Positions 47,710 to 57,295 of a stretch of DNA of 64,000 nucleotides are shown here, in pieces. The notes under the pieces are model-generated. The model saw nothing but the letters and a program-made list of their open reading frames with translations. It did no database searches and was not told the DNA's origin. Position 1 is the first letter of the stretch. Each line of letters begins with the position of its first letter. This DNA comes from an uncultured virus (IMG/VR IMGVR_UViG_3300001605_000011) (Duplodnaviria > Heunggongvirae > Uroviricota > Caudoviricetes): the IMG/VR virus record IMGVR_UViG_3300001605_000011, one strand, 5' to 3'. The position numbers were made by a program, and so were the translations under genes.

Positions 47710-47979
47710 TTACTCGTACCCTTTGGGGTTTTCAGGTTTCAACGCAACGGCACCGCAATACTTACAGCTGTGAAACTCAATAACGGCACCCCGCTTAGTC
47801 ACCTGCTGCCACTCACCGTAAGTGTGCTTTTTGCACGTGGCGGTGTAGATCGGGTCGTATTCCACCTCAACGTCAAACAGGAAACCGCATGACTCGCACT
47901 CCATCTCACCGCTGTCGTCCTCGTGGGTCCCCGCCGGCGTGTGCTGATGCCCACATTTCGGGCACACTATCTCATCCAT
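47710..47979 (-). CDS. Zinc-ribbon protein
   Basis: CPKC...CESC...CxxH...CKYC. Confidence 0.6.
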   Translation of the reverse strand: MDEIVCPKCGHQHTPAGTHEDDSGEMECESCGFLFDVEVEYDPIYTATCKKHTYGEWQQVTKRGAVIEFHSCKYCGAVALKPENPKGYE

Positions 47980-48012
47980 CAGTTACCAGCCTCCTCGTGT
48001 TATGTGGTGTGT

Positions 48013-48387
48013 TCACCCCGTGTTTATGAGCACATGCCCGAACTGTATGAACGTACCGTCCAGGCGTGTCTCGAATTTACGCTTGAACGTAACGATTACA
48101 CCCACCGTATCCGGTGGTCGCCGTGACTTATCTGGGCGAATGTCTCTGATACGAATGCACCCGATCGTGCCTGAGTCGACCGGGCACGTACCGCCGTTCT
48201 CCGGGTAATAAACACCGTCACCGTATTCGGTTGAATACATGGCAAACCGTCTACCGTCCGATAGCGTAAATTCGCCGCTCAACACTGCCAGACCATTTGC
48301 CGTCAGGTTGCACACTTCTACCCACTCGGCACGTGAAAACACGTAGCACAAGTCACCGATGTAATATCGACCGCGAGGCATGCTCAT
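48013..48387 (-). CDS. Conserved phage protein
   Basis: GRYYIGDLCYV...TEYGDGVY...VDSGTIG motif pattern. Confidence 0.55.
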   Translation of the reverse strand: MSMPRGRYYIGDLCYVFSRAEWVEVCNLTANGLAVLSGEFTLSDGRRFAMYSTEYGDGVYYPENGGTCPVDSGTIGCIRIRDIRPDKSRRPPDTVGVIVTFKRKFETRLDGTFIQFGHVLINTG

Positions 48388-48893
48388 GCTGGTGGCTCCG
48401 TCGGTTGCGAATCGTCCAGTGGCACGACAATCACCGCGGCTGACAACAGTGCGGTGGTGTTCTCAAAAGCCTTGACCAACAGTTCGGTTGGTAGCACGAG
48501 CGGGTAGACCTCGCCACTTCGTGCTTTGCCTGCCATAACGCAGTCCGCGATGAACTCAAGTACGTCAAGTAGATTGACATCCTCTGGTACACCGTCCGGA
48601 TGGTTCAAGTGATGCCTGTGGATCTTGCGGTGGTTGTCCCGCCATCCGGTCTCCGCGAACTTCGTTTGGAAGTCGGCGTAAAAGTGGTCGAGCGATGTCA
48701 ATTTGTCATAGTCGTGGCGACGCAAGGCTTCGAACAAGTACGCTATGAACGCAGACATAGCCCGCTGTACGTCTTTAATGTGCCGCTGGCTAGCATCGGC
48801 CAACTGCTCTTTCCGCACCTTGGTCACATCGCAGGTGCGGGTGTCCGCGCACGGCGACGGGTAAACTGTGATCTTAGGTAGCTCTGACTTCAT
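48384..48893 (-). CDS. HD-like metal-binding protein (DUF5662-like)
   Basis: H..DV, RHDYDKL, HRKIHRHH, LLDVLEFIADCV; start MKSELPK. Confidence 0.55.
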   Translation of the reverse strand: MKSELPKITVYPSPCADTRTCDVTKVRKEQLADASQRHIKDVQRAMSAFIAYLFEALRRHDYDKLTSLDHFYADFQTKFAETGWRDNHRKIHRHHLNHPDGVPEDVNLLDVLEFIADCVMAGKARSGEVYPLVLPTELLVKAFENTTALLSAAVIVVPLDDSQPTEPPA

Positions 48894-49596
48894 TGTTTTT
48901 CTCAACTTCCTGGGTAGTGTGGCCCACCTCATAGTATTGCCACGGCTTCTTCGTCAAAAACCACGGATGAGTCTTGAGCTCATCCGGTACGNGTCCGTGC
49001 AGCACCAACTGCGTGAACTCACCATTATCGCCTAGCTGCATGTAGTCCATACAGTCCTTAAGCGAATCTCGCGTTATCACNNGGTAGGTGGATAACTTGG
49101 GTAACTTAAGTAACCGTTTGCTACCATCGCCGTTTGTTTTTGCGGCTTCGAGCAGCTGCTCTTTTGTACGTCGCGTCATCAACAACGCTACCGGTAGCGG
49201 TAGTACGCGTTCCACTGCACGACGCATCCCATGAAACACCGCTGCCGCTTCCCTGTCCGGCTTGAACAGGGTGAAAATAAACCGGCTGTCCGCTGGTCGA
49301 CCAGTGAGTGCGCTGCCAAACTTAGCGATTAGCACGTTCGCCGCCATCGTAAGTGTCCCTTTGAACACCGTAGCTAGATTTGTCATGCGACGTAGTCTGG
49401 CACGTAGTAATACGCACCGCTGTACAGCCCTACGTCGTCTAGCTTTCTCCGCAGCTAACAGACACCGCAGAAACAGTGCCTCAGCGCTGACGTTGCTGTC
49501 GTGTGGGCAGCCACCGCAATAGCACCTACGCGGTGCTACTTCACCTGTATTTTCCATAACCATATCACTATACCCGGTTTTATCTGTTGGTGTCAC
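48874..49596 (-). CDS. Hypothetical protein(s); contains Ns, possibly two genes (second start at 49347)
   Basis: ORF with ambiguous bases near 48992 and 49081. Confidence 0.35.
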   Translation of the reverse strand: MTPTDKTGYSDMVMENTGEVAPRRCYCGGCPHDSNVSAEALFLRCLLAAEKARRRRAVQRCVLLRARLRRMTNLATVFKGTLTMAANVLIAKFGSALTGRPADSRFIFTLFKPDREAAAVFHGMRRAVERVLPLPVALLMTRRTKEQLLEAAKTNGDGSKRLLKLPKLSTYXVITRDSLKDCMDYMQLGDNGEFTQLVLHGXVPDELKTHPWFLTKKPWQYYEVGHTTQEVEKNNEVRAT

Positions 49597-49894
49597 GTAG
49601 GTGTCCGCAGCTTGTCGTCGGCACTACACGGCGGAGATGCAGGATATCCCCTGTGATACCAGCTATGACGTCCAGAACCACTTCACCTAACATTTCTGCT
49701 GCTGGCTGATGGATGACAACAGTCAGTTCTTCGTGTCGGTACACGACGTCATCTGGACCCTGGTCGTCAAAATGGGCTACGCAGTTGTAGCCGCCGTTGC
49801 CGTTGTCTGCCGCCGAAATCCGTAGCGACTGCCACGACTTTGCTGCCCAGTAGCTGCGGATTAGACTCGCAGCTTTGTCTGTGATACTTAACAC
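49580..49894 (-). CDS. Degenerate HesB/IscA (A-type Fe-S carrier)-like protein
   Basis: LSITDKAASLI...LRIS...GNGGYN...DDVVY...VVIH...LGEVVLD...TSCG follows the IscA layout, but only one canonical Cys remains. Confidence 0.6.
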   Translation of the reverse strand: MLSITDKAASLIRSYWAAKSWQSLRISAADNGNGGYNCVAHFDDQGPDDVVYRHEELTVVIHQPAAEMLGEVVLDVIAGITGDILHLRRVVPTTSCGHLRDTNR

Positions 49895-49903
49895 GTGAGT
49901 TAC

Positions 49904-50353
49904 TTACGCCGTCCTGGAGGCACGAGTCGATGTGGCAACGCGGTGCAGTCTGAGGTGTTCCGAGGTAAGCACCGTGCCAGCTTCTTCTACGGTAGCCAGA
50001 CGACACTGCCGCCACGACATTACGTTTGTTCCACTGCGTGTCGTGTACCGAAACTCGTCGTCGGTCACTGCAACGAGAGGCGCTGGTCCTTGCCATACAT
50101 GCCCGTAACTGTCACGCACCATGACGGCCGGCTGCAGTAACGCGTCAGCCTGGTACAGCGTCATCGGCGGGAGATCCAGCAGCATGCCGTCGTCTGTGCC
50201 GTGGGCAAGCATACCGTGCACTAGGTCCTCGACAAAACCGAACTCGTGCCGCACGGACTCGTGTGCAACCGTGAGTAACTCCTGCATTGCCGCGGCCGCC
50301 CGTTGCACTACCTTTCTCTGCTTTGCGGTCAACTTTTTCTGATTAGCGATCAT
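49904..50353 (-). CDS. Hypothetical protein
   Basis: VMVRDS...W...WRQCRLAT. Confidence 0.5.
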   Translation of the reverse strand: MIANQKKLTAKQRKVVQRAAAAMQELLTVAHESVRHEFGFVEDLVHGMLAHGTDDGMLLDLPPMTLYQADALLQPAVMVRDSYGHVWQGPAPLVAVTDDEFRYTTRSGTNVMSWRQCRLATVEEAGTVLTSEHLRLHRVATSTRASRTA

Positions 50354-50375
50354 GCCTTATTCCCTGGTAGGTCTG

Positions 50376-50393
50376 CCGGCGCTTGAGCGCCGG
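50376..50393. repeat. 18-bp palindrome, copy 7 (intergenic)
   Basis: Exact match; arms extend to 10 bp (50374-50395). Confidence 0.95.
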
Positions 50394-50431
50394 CATGTTT
50401 GTTTTAGTCCAACCACGCAACGCTGCGTAAT

Positions 50432-50674
50432 TTATTTCGACTGCTTCGTCAGCTGTTCCAGCACGGCTGGCAGGATGTAGATTTCCGGCAACTCCATCGC
50501 TTCGTCTGGTAGTCCTATCGCCACTGACAGCTCGTCCACCAAATCTGCTAAGTCAAGCTCATCTCCCGCAGCCTCCTCAGCATTACGCTGGTGATCCCAA
50601 CTCTCCGTGTTTGCCTTTACGGCTAGCCGAATGTGCTGAACTACTTCGGCCATCTTCTTTGCGTCTAACTGCAT
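50432..50674 (-). CDS. Small acidic hypothetical protein
   Basis: 80-aa ORF. Confidence 0.5.
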   Translation of the reverse strand: MQLDAKKMAEVVQHIRLAVKANTESWDHQRNAEEAAGDELDLADLVDELSVAIGLPDEAMELPEIYILPAVLEQLTKQSK

Positions 50675-50701
50675 ACAAATCCACCGTATTTGGTTGCATC
50701 T

Positions 50702-50733
50702 CAGGCAGTGTCAGCATTACCTGACACTGCCTG
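50702..50733. terminator. Intergenic hairpin
   Basis: CAGGCAGTGTCAG-cattac-CTGACACTGCCTG, perfect 13-bp stem; no minus-strand U-tract. Confidence 0.5.
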
Positions 50734-50753
50734 GTATTTCCAACTGCTAGCCG

Positions 50754-51029
50754 TCAGTTGACAGCAAAGAACCGCTCGGCCCGCTTTAACAGTCGCAACG
50801 TGCTGTGTGACATGGTCAACTTGTCTGGTAAACCCGTCACCAATGCCCACGTACGCAGCCTGCGGTAAGTCCTGTTAAGGTGAGAACGCTCTCTCACGTC
50901 GAACTCCCGATGCCAGGCCACCTTGGTGCGACCAAACGATTTGCGTCGCCACTCAGCGACGATCATCGCGTACGCAATTTCCCCGTGAAACTGCTTAGCG
51001 GTCAAACTTGTTCTCGTTTTAGTTTGCAA
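50754..51029 (-). CDS. Basic hypothetical protein
   Basis: 91-aa ORF, TTG start. Confidence 0.45.
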   Translation of the reverse strand: MQTKTRTSLTAKQFHGEIAYAMIVAEWRRKSFGRTKVAWHREFDVRERSHLNRTYRRLRTWALVTGLPDKLTMSHSTLRLLKRAERFFAVN

Positions 51030-51032
51030 TTG

Positions 51033-51476
51033 TCAATCCTTTTTGGTCTCGGATGAATCCAGAAGAGCGTGAATCTGCTCAACTGCCTCGATAGGCAGTC
51101 TTCGCAGGTAATACCTAGTACGTATGTCGTACAGGCGATCTATGAGTCGTTCTACCTCTGCAGTGCGTTTAACGTCGCATAAATAATCCTCCTCGCATAA
51201 GTAAACATCGAAACCGCCGCAGTTAGCACGTACGTTACTTCCGTACTCACCTGCGTGGTGGCTTTTACCATCACCGCCGCGTAGTATCGTACCGGCGGGC
51301 AAGTAGACGTACTTCTTGCCAACCTTCGTAACTTGCTGGACCTGTGCTTTGCGGGGAGCCTGTGATTTACTGCGTGTATCACGTTGCCACACAACATACA
51401 CCGGTGTCCCTGCCGTCAGATCACCTAATGACGCAACAGCTCGATTGCTGCCTCGAGCCATCTCTTCGTTTTTCAC
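51033..51476 (-). CDS. Hypothetical protein with beta-barrel-like N-terminus
   Basis: GTPVYVV...VTKVGKKYVYL pattern. Confidence 0.5.
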   Translation of the reverse strand: MKNEEMARGSNRAVASLGDLTAGTPVYVVWQRDTRSKSQAPRKAQVQQVTKVGKKYVYLPAGTILRGGDGKSHHAGEYGSNVRANCGGFDVYLCEEDYLCDVKRTAEVERLIDRLYDIRTRYYLRRLPIEAVEQIHALLDSSETKKD

Positions 51477-51519
51477 ACATCACCATTAGTGTAGGTAGCG
51501 ATTTGTCCCCGCTGCCAGA

Positions 51520-52626
51520 CTAACGACGTGCTGCTAGCAGTTGTATTGGGGATGAGGCTGTTAGCTCACTGGGCATATTTGCCGACGCAGGACGTACAGC
51601 ACGCAACAACTGCACAGGTGCCGACGTGGTCGGTGCCATGTAATCGCTGTACGGCGAAGACTCCACGCGACGACGTAAGGCCGCAAATGGGTTTGGCGAC
51701 GCATGCACTGTCTGCGGGTTTCCGCCGTAAAGCGAGCGGATGAGATTAGTTTCAGGAACGCTCAGCGTACCTGTACGTCCACGATTACCGTTCGTCAGTA
51801 ACCTACGCTTCCACATCTCGTGGAGCATTGGATACTGTGGATTCATCGGCGTCGGCTGGGAGTCAAGCACCTGCCCATGCCTGCCGAAGTTGTTTTGGTG
51901 TAAGTCGATGAATGACTTACGCAGCTTGGCGTCGTGCTTCGGATTAGCGAGCTCTGGACTCGGGTAGCGGTCATTAACCGTCACGTGTCGCCCGCTCATG
52001 GGAACGCGGCCGTCTGCGAGTCGCTGGAACACGCCGCGTTCGTTCGATTCGATTATCGGAGCGATAACAGGCGTCTGGTTTGGCGTACCGCCATAGCGGC
52101 GATGCGTCATCCTGCGATTGAATTTGTCCGTAATCTGCTTCAACTGGTCACCTTCTGCAACGTAGTTCGGCGTCACCCGTATAGGCATCTTCCGGGCCAT
52201 CTGCCCGGCGTAGCCACCAACGTTACCGACCACCTGGTCGACCAGGTTGAACTGCCCGTTTCCCAGGTGCTTCACCTGCCTGAACTGCCCCGGACGCATT
52301 GCCGCGGCAGCTCGTGCGATAGCTGATTCAGGACGAAGCCCCCGCATGATGCGACGCGTAAGTGCTGTACTGGCTGTTTTAACTGGCCAGTCCTTACCGC
52401 AACGATTGCACTTGCCATCGTCGCCACGTCTCTAACTCGTGCGTCGCAGTCGCGGACAGCATTCTCCGGCGATGCTAGCTGTCTTCTTTTCTTTCGGCTT
52501 TGCCTTCTTTGGCAACTTTTTGCCTTTACTCTCCTGATTCCATTCATCCACGTCCACACCCTGCAAACGCAACTTGTCTTTATTGGCGTTGAAAAACCGC
52601 CGCTGGCTTTCAGACAAGTATGGCAT
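51520..52626 (-). CDS. Hypothetical protein with zinc ribbon and K-T-A-S motifs; broken by indels at ~52430-52455
   Basis: MPYLSESQRRFF...KKTASIAGECCP joins DCDAR...GKCNRCGKDWPVKTASTALTRRIMRG (ORF 51520..52347) after single-base shifts. Confidence 0.5.
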
Positions 52627-52679
52627 AATCATCGCACCTGTAGTCACATCACTGCCGACATTGGCAATCCAGGCGTAGT

Positions 52680-53612
52680 TTAGTCCGCGGCGATGGGGGG
52701 CACAACTGTTACAGTCGGCTTGCAGTTTACGGCGAACCAGACGACCGGTACGGGCAGTTCGCTCCTTGCGTACCCCGCTAAACGCTTCCATCCGTCATCG
52801 AGAACGTCCCCGTGATGCGTGGATAAAATCACAGGCCACGTAGGCACCAGGTAGTCCGGTCGAGCCCCCACTAGTGCTTTCGCAGCTGCCTCCCCTGCAC
52901 CCTGCGGGCAGTAGCCAAATTCCTCCATTCTTTGCCACAATGCCTTGGCACTCACAGTCGTGTACCCAAACCTCCAGGCACCGTAATGCCAAACGAACCT
53001 CGCCCTAAATCGGTAGACGTCACCTAAGGCCGCCTCACGCAGCTTGCGTGTCCTTGGCTTATCTTCTCCCCATTTCCAGTCTGGCCAACCTTCCGCAACT
53101 GCCCACGCTGCCCCTTCGACAGACATGTAATAGATCAGGGCATCCTGTGCCGTGCTTGGTAGGTCCCTGAAGGGCATCTCGCAGCATGAATCAACAAAGT
53201 GCTTGTTTACCGGGTGCTGGTAGATGTCCTCCGTGATCGTGTGCTGTGCCTCACGCGATGCCTTTACCGCGTTATAGCCACCAACAAAGTCAAGCCCGTG
53301 AAAGTCAGTCGGGTGCGGTATACTGCCAAACTGCAAGCACGTAACCACTACTGCAAACGATCCGTCTTGCAATAGCGCAAAGCTCATCAAGTACTCGTCC
53401 TCTCCTCGCAACTTATCTGCCTGCGCAGGCGTGATGTCCGTAACGACAATACCGCAGTTTCGCGAGTATACGGACCACGGGAGTATTCGCCCCACTACCG
53501 GTAGGTTACACCAGTCGTTTTTCGCCACCTCAGCCGGTGGCATATTACGCAGCGACAGTACCGCCGCAACTATGTCCGCAGCAAACTGATCACCTGTGTA
53601 GTCACTTCTCAT
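52680..53612 (-). CDS. Hypothetical protein
   Basis: 310 aa; C-terminal WPVIL...VLDDGWKRL faintly resembles ParB-N motifs. Confidence 0.5.
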   Translation of the reverse strand: MRSDYTGDQFAADIVAAVLSLRNMPPAEVAKNDWCNLPVVGRILPWSVYSRNCGIVVTDITPAQADKLRGEDEYLMSFALLQDGSFAVVVTCLQFGSIPHPTDFHGLDFVGGYNAVKASREAQHTITEDIYQHPVNKHFVDSCCEMPFRDLPSTAQDALIYYMSVEGAAWAVAEGWPDWKWGEDKPRTRKLREAALGDVYRFRARFVWHYGAWRFGYTTVSAKALWQRMEEFGYCPQGAGEAAAKALVGARPDYLVPTWPVILSTHHGDVLDDGWKRLAGYARSELPVPVVWFAVNCKPTVTVVPPIAAD

Positions 53613-53851
53613 ATACTTTCACCCTTCGCTAGACGTTTTGCGGCGAGATACTTAATGGCGTCTGCCAATTGATCCGCCATTTTGTACGAAACCTCGATCG
53701 GTCTTGTTCCCGCTACATGCTGCCACTTGCCTTCGATGCAGTCTTTGTAACCGATCGAAACACAGCCAGGCTCAGCATCACAGACGTAAACCAACCAGCC
53801 GTCACCGTGCACAACTCTGTGCTCTTCTTCCACGTACGTTTCTTCAGCCAT
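53609..53851 (-). CDS. Hypothetical protein
   Basis: ATGA overlap with the downstream gene. Confidence 0.5.
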   Translation of the reverse strand: MAEETYVEEEHRVVHGDGWLVYVCDAEPGCVSIGYKDCIEGKWQHVAGTRPIEVSYKMADQLADAIKYLAAKRLAKGESI

Positions 53852-53899
53852 TGTTGGTCCTAGTTGAGTGTATGCAACTACAACGACGTAGCTGCATTC

Positions 53900-54025
53900 C
53901 TATTTGTCACGCCAGCGTGCTATCCGATCCCACGCTACGGAAATGAACAGCAGACAGGCCAGAACGAACGGTAGCCACTGCGGCACGTACTCGTCTAAGT
54001 TCTGCAAAAGTGTGTACCAGTACAT
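53900..54025 (-). CDS. 41-aa membrane peptide (below ORF-track cutoff)
   Basis: MYWYTLLQNLDEYVPQWLPFVLACLLFISVAWDRIARWRDK; starts 1 bp after the upstream stop. Confidence 0.45.
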   Translation of the reverse strand: MYWYTLLQNLDEYVPQWLPFVLACLLFISVAWDRIARWRDK

Positions 54026-54026
54026 G

Positions 54027-54290
54027 CTACACGCACCTTTTTGCGTTACGTTTTGATGCCCGCCTGGCTATAGCTGCCTGCTTCCGTCGCTCGGCCCGGT
54101 TTCCCGTGACAGTCGCAGGAATGCCGTGCCAGTCATCCTGCACTGCCGTAGTATCACGAACGTAAGTGACAGTCGACCACGGATATGTCGCTGTGGTACC
54201 ACTTGTCGTGAGCTCAGCAAAGCCTCTCGCCGCCGCGTACGTCGCGAGAACTTCTGAACGCGAATATCGTACGCTAGCCATATCACTCAA
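54027..54290 (-). CDS. Hypothetical protein
   Basis: C-terminal NRAERR basic tail. Confidence 0.45.
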   Translation of the reverse strand: MSDMASVRYSRSEVLATYAAARGFAELTTSGTTATYPWSTVTYVRDTTAVQDDWHGIPATVTGNRAERRKQAAIARRASKRNAKRCV

Positions 54291-54642
54291 ACTCGTGTAC
54301 GTGACGTAGTTCAGCTGGCAGACACTCTGTCCCGTCTTGTAGTGTAACTACGGTGCATACGCCGTCAACATTCCGCACCGAGTCGACAGTTCCGTACTTG
54401 GAACACAGTAAGCCGTCCGGATCCGCCCAGTACACCTGATCCAGCGGCTTAAATGTGGGTAGATCCGTTACAAGATACTCCCCGGCTGAGCCGCTGTTGG
54501 ACATCACCAGAACACCGCTTGCGTTGATCTCACAAATGTACGCGTCGATGTTGCCTTCATGCACTGCTGCAATGTGAACAGCGTCCTTGCTTTCTTCCAC
54601 CAACAGAATCCGTCCGTTGGTTAACGTCACTTTGTGTTGCAT
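54283..54642 (-). CDS. Hypothetical protein
   Basis: DQVYWADPD SH3-like C-terminus. Confidence 0.5.
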   Translation of the reverse strand: MQHKVTLTNGRILLVEESKDAVHIAAVHEGNIDAYICEINASGVLVMSNSGSAGEYLVTDLPTFKPLDQVYWADPDGLLCSKYGTVDSVRNVDGVCTVVTLQDGTECLPAELRHVHEFE

Positions 54643-54687
54643 CGGTTTTACCGTAGATGTGATCGATAATGACAGAACGTAGACGCG

Positions 54688-55026
54688 TCAGGACCGCACA
54701 AGTATTGGTGCCAATGCCCGTTCCGCGGCACCAGTGCCGTTGTCCCTGTCGTACAGGCCGACGTACATATTATCGTCGGCCAGCGATACCTTCATGACCC
54801 TACCGTGTAGGTAGTCGAAATGTAGATCAGGTGTCGGGTCATATCCCGTACCCTTCCGTGCTGCAGCCGCAGCCGTCCGTGCGGCAATCTCGTCTCGCGC
54901 CTGCTCTGGTGTCATCGGCATCGCACCACGAGCATGTACAAAGCCGTAGCCTTGCTGCTTGCTGGCGTTGTACAACCGCGAAAGAACTTCTGCCTTGTCT
55001 AGTCCACTGATATTGATGTAAGACAT
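54688..55026 (-). CDS. Conserved hypothetical phage protein
   Basis: INISGLDKAEVL..LYN...FDYLHGRVMKV...LYDRDNG.GAA; true start MSYIN at 55026. Confidence 0.6.
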   Translation of the reverse strand: MSYINISGLDKAEVLSRLYNASKQQGYGFVHARGAMPMTPEQARDEIAARTAAAAARKGTGYDPTPDLHFDYLHGRVMKVSLADDNMYVGLYDRDNGTGAAERALAPILVRS

Positions 55027-55054
55027 TTTAGCCTGACTCCTGGGTAAGTTACTG

Positions 55055-55072
55055 CCGGCGCTCAAGCGCCGG
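55055..55072. repeat. 18-bp palindrome, copy 8 (CA orientation, intergenic)
   Basis: Exact CCGGCGCTCAAGCGCCGG upstream of the 55026 start. Confidence 0.95.
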
Positions 55073-55285
55073 TCATCTTGTAATAACCTCGCGGCGTTAA
55101 AACGCCTCTCGTTTTGGCAAGTCGACACCCTTGCGTACAGCAGTCTTGGCTATCGCCCGCTCAATTCGCTTCGAGATTGTCTTTACCACCTTACCGTAAC
55201 TGCAATCGCCGCTTTTGGGGCGTTTGCCCCAGTAGTCGTACCCCGGTGGTTTGCTACCCTTTTTCGTTCTGCTCATGGTTTGAAG

Positions 55286-55510
55286 TCACTCCGTGTCAGC
55301 CGAGTTATTGAAACTGTTGCCACAAACTAAGCAACTGAAGGGTTCTTTGCTGTGTGCTACTGGGTTCTCCATCGCACAGTACTGACCACACTGTGTGCAC
55401 TGTCTGTCATACACTCGCTGTCCTGAAACGTACGCAACGCCGATAGCTTTAATCGGCCCTCGCATGCTACTAACAGCCCCGCTCGTATTGCCACCCGGCC
55501 TCTCTGGCAT
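55286..55510 (-). CDS. Small zinc-ribbon protein
   Basis: CTQC...CLVC. Confidence 0.5.
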   Translation of the reverse strand: MPERPGGNTSGAVSSMRGPIKAIGVAYVSGQRVYDRQCTQCGQYCAMENPVAHSKEPFSCLVCGNSFNNSADTE

Positions 55511-55555
55511 AGTCTCGCCCCGTTGGGTTAAACGAACAATCCGCTTGGCTTTACG

Positions 55556-55921
55556 TTACCTNTGACCTTCAGGGTCGGAAACTTGCATCTCTTCGCAGGC
55601 CTTGCACATCGGAAACACCGGCCACGGTTCTCTACGCTCTACGTAGTACTCACCACAGCGTGCACAGCACCGGTGTGACGCTACCAACGGTTCTGTCGTA
55701 GTACCGACGCGTACTTGCGGGCGAGGCATTGCCTGTGCTGCCAGTAAACCGCTAGTACGTAGGCTGCTGCACACGAGGTTACCTACATCTGCCACGTGTT
55801 CCGGGAACGCAGTAGTAGACGTCTCAGCTAGCGTAGCCATCTCCTCGTACATCCTGACGACGTCATGCATCTTCCCCAAGTAACGCGAGATTCGCCGCAT
55901 GCATTCTGCTTTATTTTCCAC
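55556..55921 (-). CDS. Hypothetical protein with C-terminal CxxC pair
   Basis: CARC...CKAC. Confidence 0.45.
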   Translation of the reverse strand: MENKAECMRRISRYLGKMHDVVRMYEEMATLAETSTTAFPEHVADVGNLVCSSLRTSGLLAAQAMPRPQVRVGTTTEPLVASHRCCARCGEYYVERREPWPVFPMCKACEEMQVSDPEGXR

Positions 55922-55930
55922 TGTGATGCC

Positions 55931-56386
55931 TCAGTCGCTGTGTATGTCGGTAGTTTCGCGATGCAAGCTGTCTGCATCACCCATGATTCGCTCGTACGCC
56001 AGCGACACAGCGTCCTTGATCTCGCAAGCCATGGACACATACGTCTCAGCTGTGTTGCTCTTAGAAGCGTCGAGCCGTATGACTCGCCACACATCCACGT
56101 CACCGTCTGTCGTCAATATCCTGTCCGGCGACAGCACCAAAATGCCGTCGCAGTCGTCCTGAGCATCCCGCAACTGTTTCTGCCAGTTATCCTGAGACTT
56201 TTCCGCCGTCAGATGACTGTTAGCTGCTGCGAGTAGCGACCGTATGGCACTCTGTACCTTCGCTGGACAACGCAAGAATATCTCGCGGTTGCGTTCATCA
56301 CCGATAAGTAACTCACCCGTGTCAGGGTCTACTCCGCAGGTGTACGGGCCATTGTTGTCAGCCATCGTCTTCCTCGTCGTCGTCAC
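55931..56386 (-). CDS. Hypothetical protein
   Basis: Probable start MADNNGP. Confidence 0.45.
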   Translation of the reverse strand: MTTTRKTMADNNGPYTCGVDPDTGELLIGDERNREIFLRCPAKVQSAIRSLLAAANSHLTAEKSQDNWQKQLRDAQDDCDGILVLSPDRILTTDGDVDVWRVIRLDASKSNTAETYVSMACEIKDAVSLAYERIMGDADSLHRETTDIHSD

Positions 56387-56666
56387 AGTCTACACAAACC
56401 GTACCGTGCTCATCCGTGCGGTAACACACCACACCGGATCTACGGCAACGATCACAAAGATCGTCACCGATGTTGCTATCGTCTTCGTGCGCAATGTCGT
56501 CGACAGTAACGCCACCATCCGACGCTAACCAGGCAACGCGTACCGCCATTCCTACGGCTTCGTCCGGCGATGTACCTACACCCAGCGGCTCATCACTTTG
56601 CTTGTCGTCAACGTCCCAGACGTTGTAGACTTCCTGCGATTTATCGTAGCTGATCTCGAGTCGCAT
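56358..56666 (-). CDS. Acidic protein with CxxC pair
   Basis: CDRC...CVDC, Asp/Glu tail. Confidence 0.5.
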   Translation of the reverse strand: MRLEISYDKSQEVYNVWDVDDKQSDEPLGVGTSPDEAVGMAVRVAWLASDGGVTVDDIAHEDDSNIGDDLCDRCRRSGVVCYRTDEHGTVCVDCDDDEEDDG

Positions 56667-56669
56667 GAT

Positions 56670-56996
56670 CTAATCCGGTAATCGCTTTGATTCGCTAGCG
56701 CCACCCAGCGGGATCACGTGTGTCGGTTCTGACGACGTGATGTCTGCCCACACGAGCAGCCGTGGCTCTCCTTCATACAGCTCGATGAAGATGACGGCAC
56801 CTGTGTCCGCCTCCATATCGTGCAGCCCGTACCCCGGCAGCCCAACAGCCAGCCCCAGATTGTACCGCTCCGCTGACACCTCCACAGACAACTTACCATC
56901 GTGTGCCGCGGAGGCATCAACCAGTTCGTACCTGGCGGTCGGTGCTGGTGTAGCCACTGCTGTGTTGTTTTCCATTGTTGTCCTTTGTTGTGTCAT
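56670..56996 (-). CDS. Hypothetical protein
   Basis: PGYG...IFIELYEG..RLLVWADI..EPTH.I.L.GA.ES protein-like pattern. Confidence 0.55.
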   Translation of the reverse strand: MTQQRTTMENNTAVATPAPTARYELVDASAAHDGKLSVEVSAERYNLGLAVGLPGYGLHDMEADTGAVIFIELYEGEPRLLVWADITSSEPTHVIPLGGASESKRLPD

Positions 56997-57295
56997 GCAG
57001 CCAACTTCATGGCTTCGGCTATTGCTATTACTGGCTTCAGCAGCATGGTCATCAGTTGTTCTTTTAGCCCGTAGACCAGACAGCTACGTTCCACGCCGTC
57101 CACGCGACCATCTACCGTGACACGGAACCGCTCACCCTGAAGCGTGAACCTGACTTCGTCCTGATCACCTTCTAGGTCGATGTTGTCCAAACGCAGCTCA
57201 CGCCCGAAAACGCGTATCAGGCACGAGACAAGCTCACCTTTATTCAGCCGCACTGTGATCACCTTCGTCGTTGTTATGCGGACACCTGTACTCAC
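56993..57295 (-). CDS. Hypothetical protein
   Basis: ATGA overlap with the downstream gene. Confidence 0.45.
   Translation of the reverse strand: MSTGVRITTTKVITVRLNKGELVSCLIRVFGRELRLDNIDLEGDQDEVRFTLQGERFRVTVDGRVDGVERSCLVYGLKEQLMTMLLKPVIAIAEAMKLAA

Noticed and set aside
52680..53612. ParB assignment (as a binder of the palindrome)
   Set aside because: Only a faint PVIL...DDGWKRL resemblance; the canonical GxRR motif is absent.
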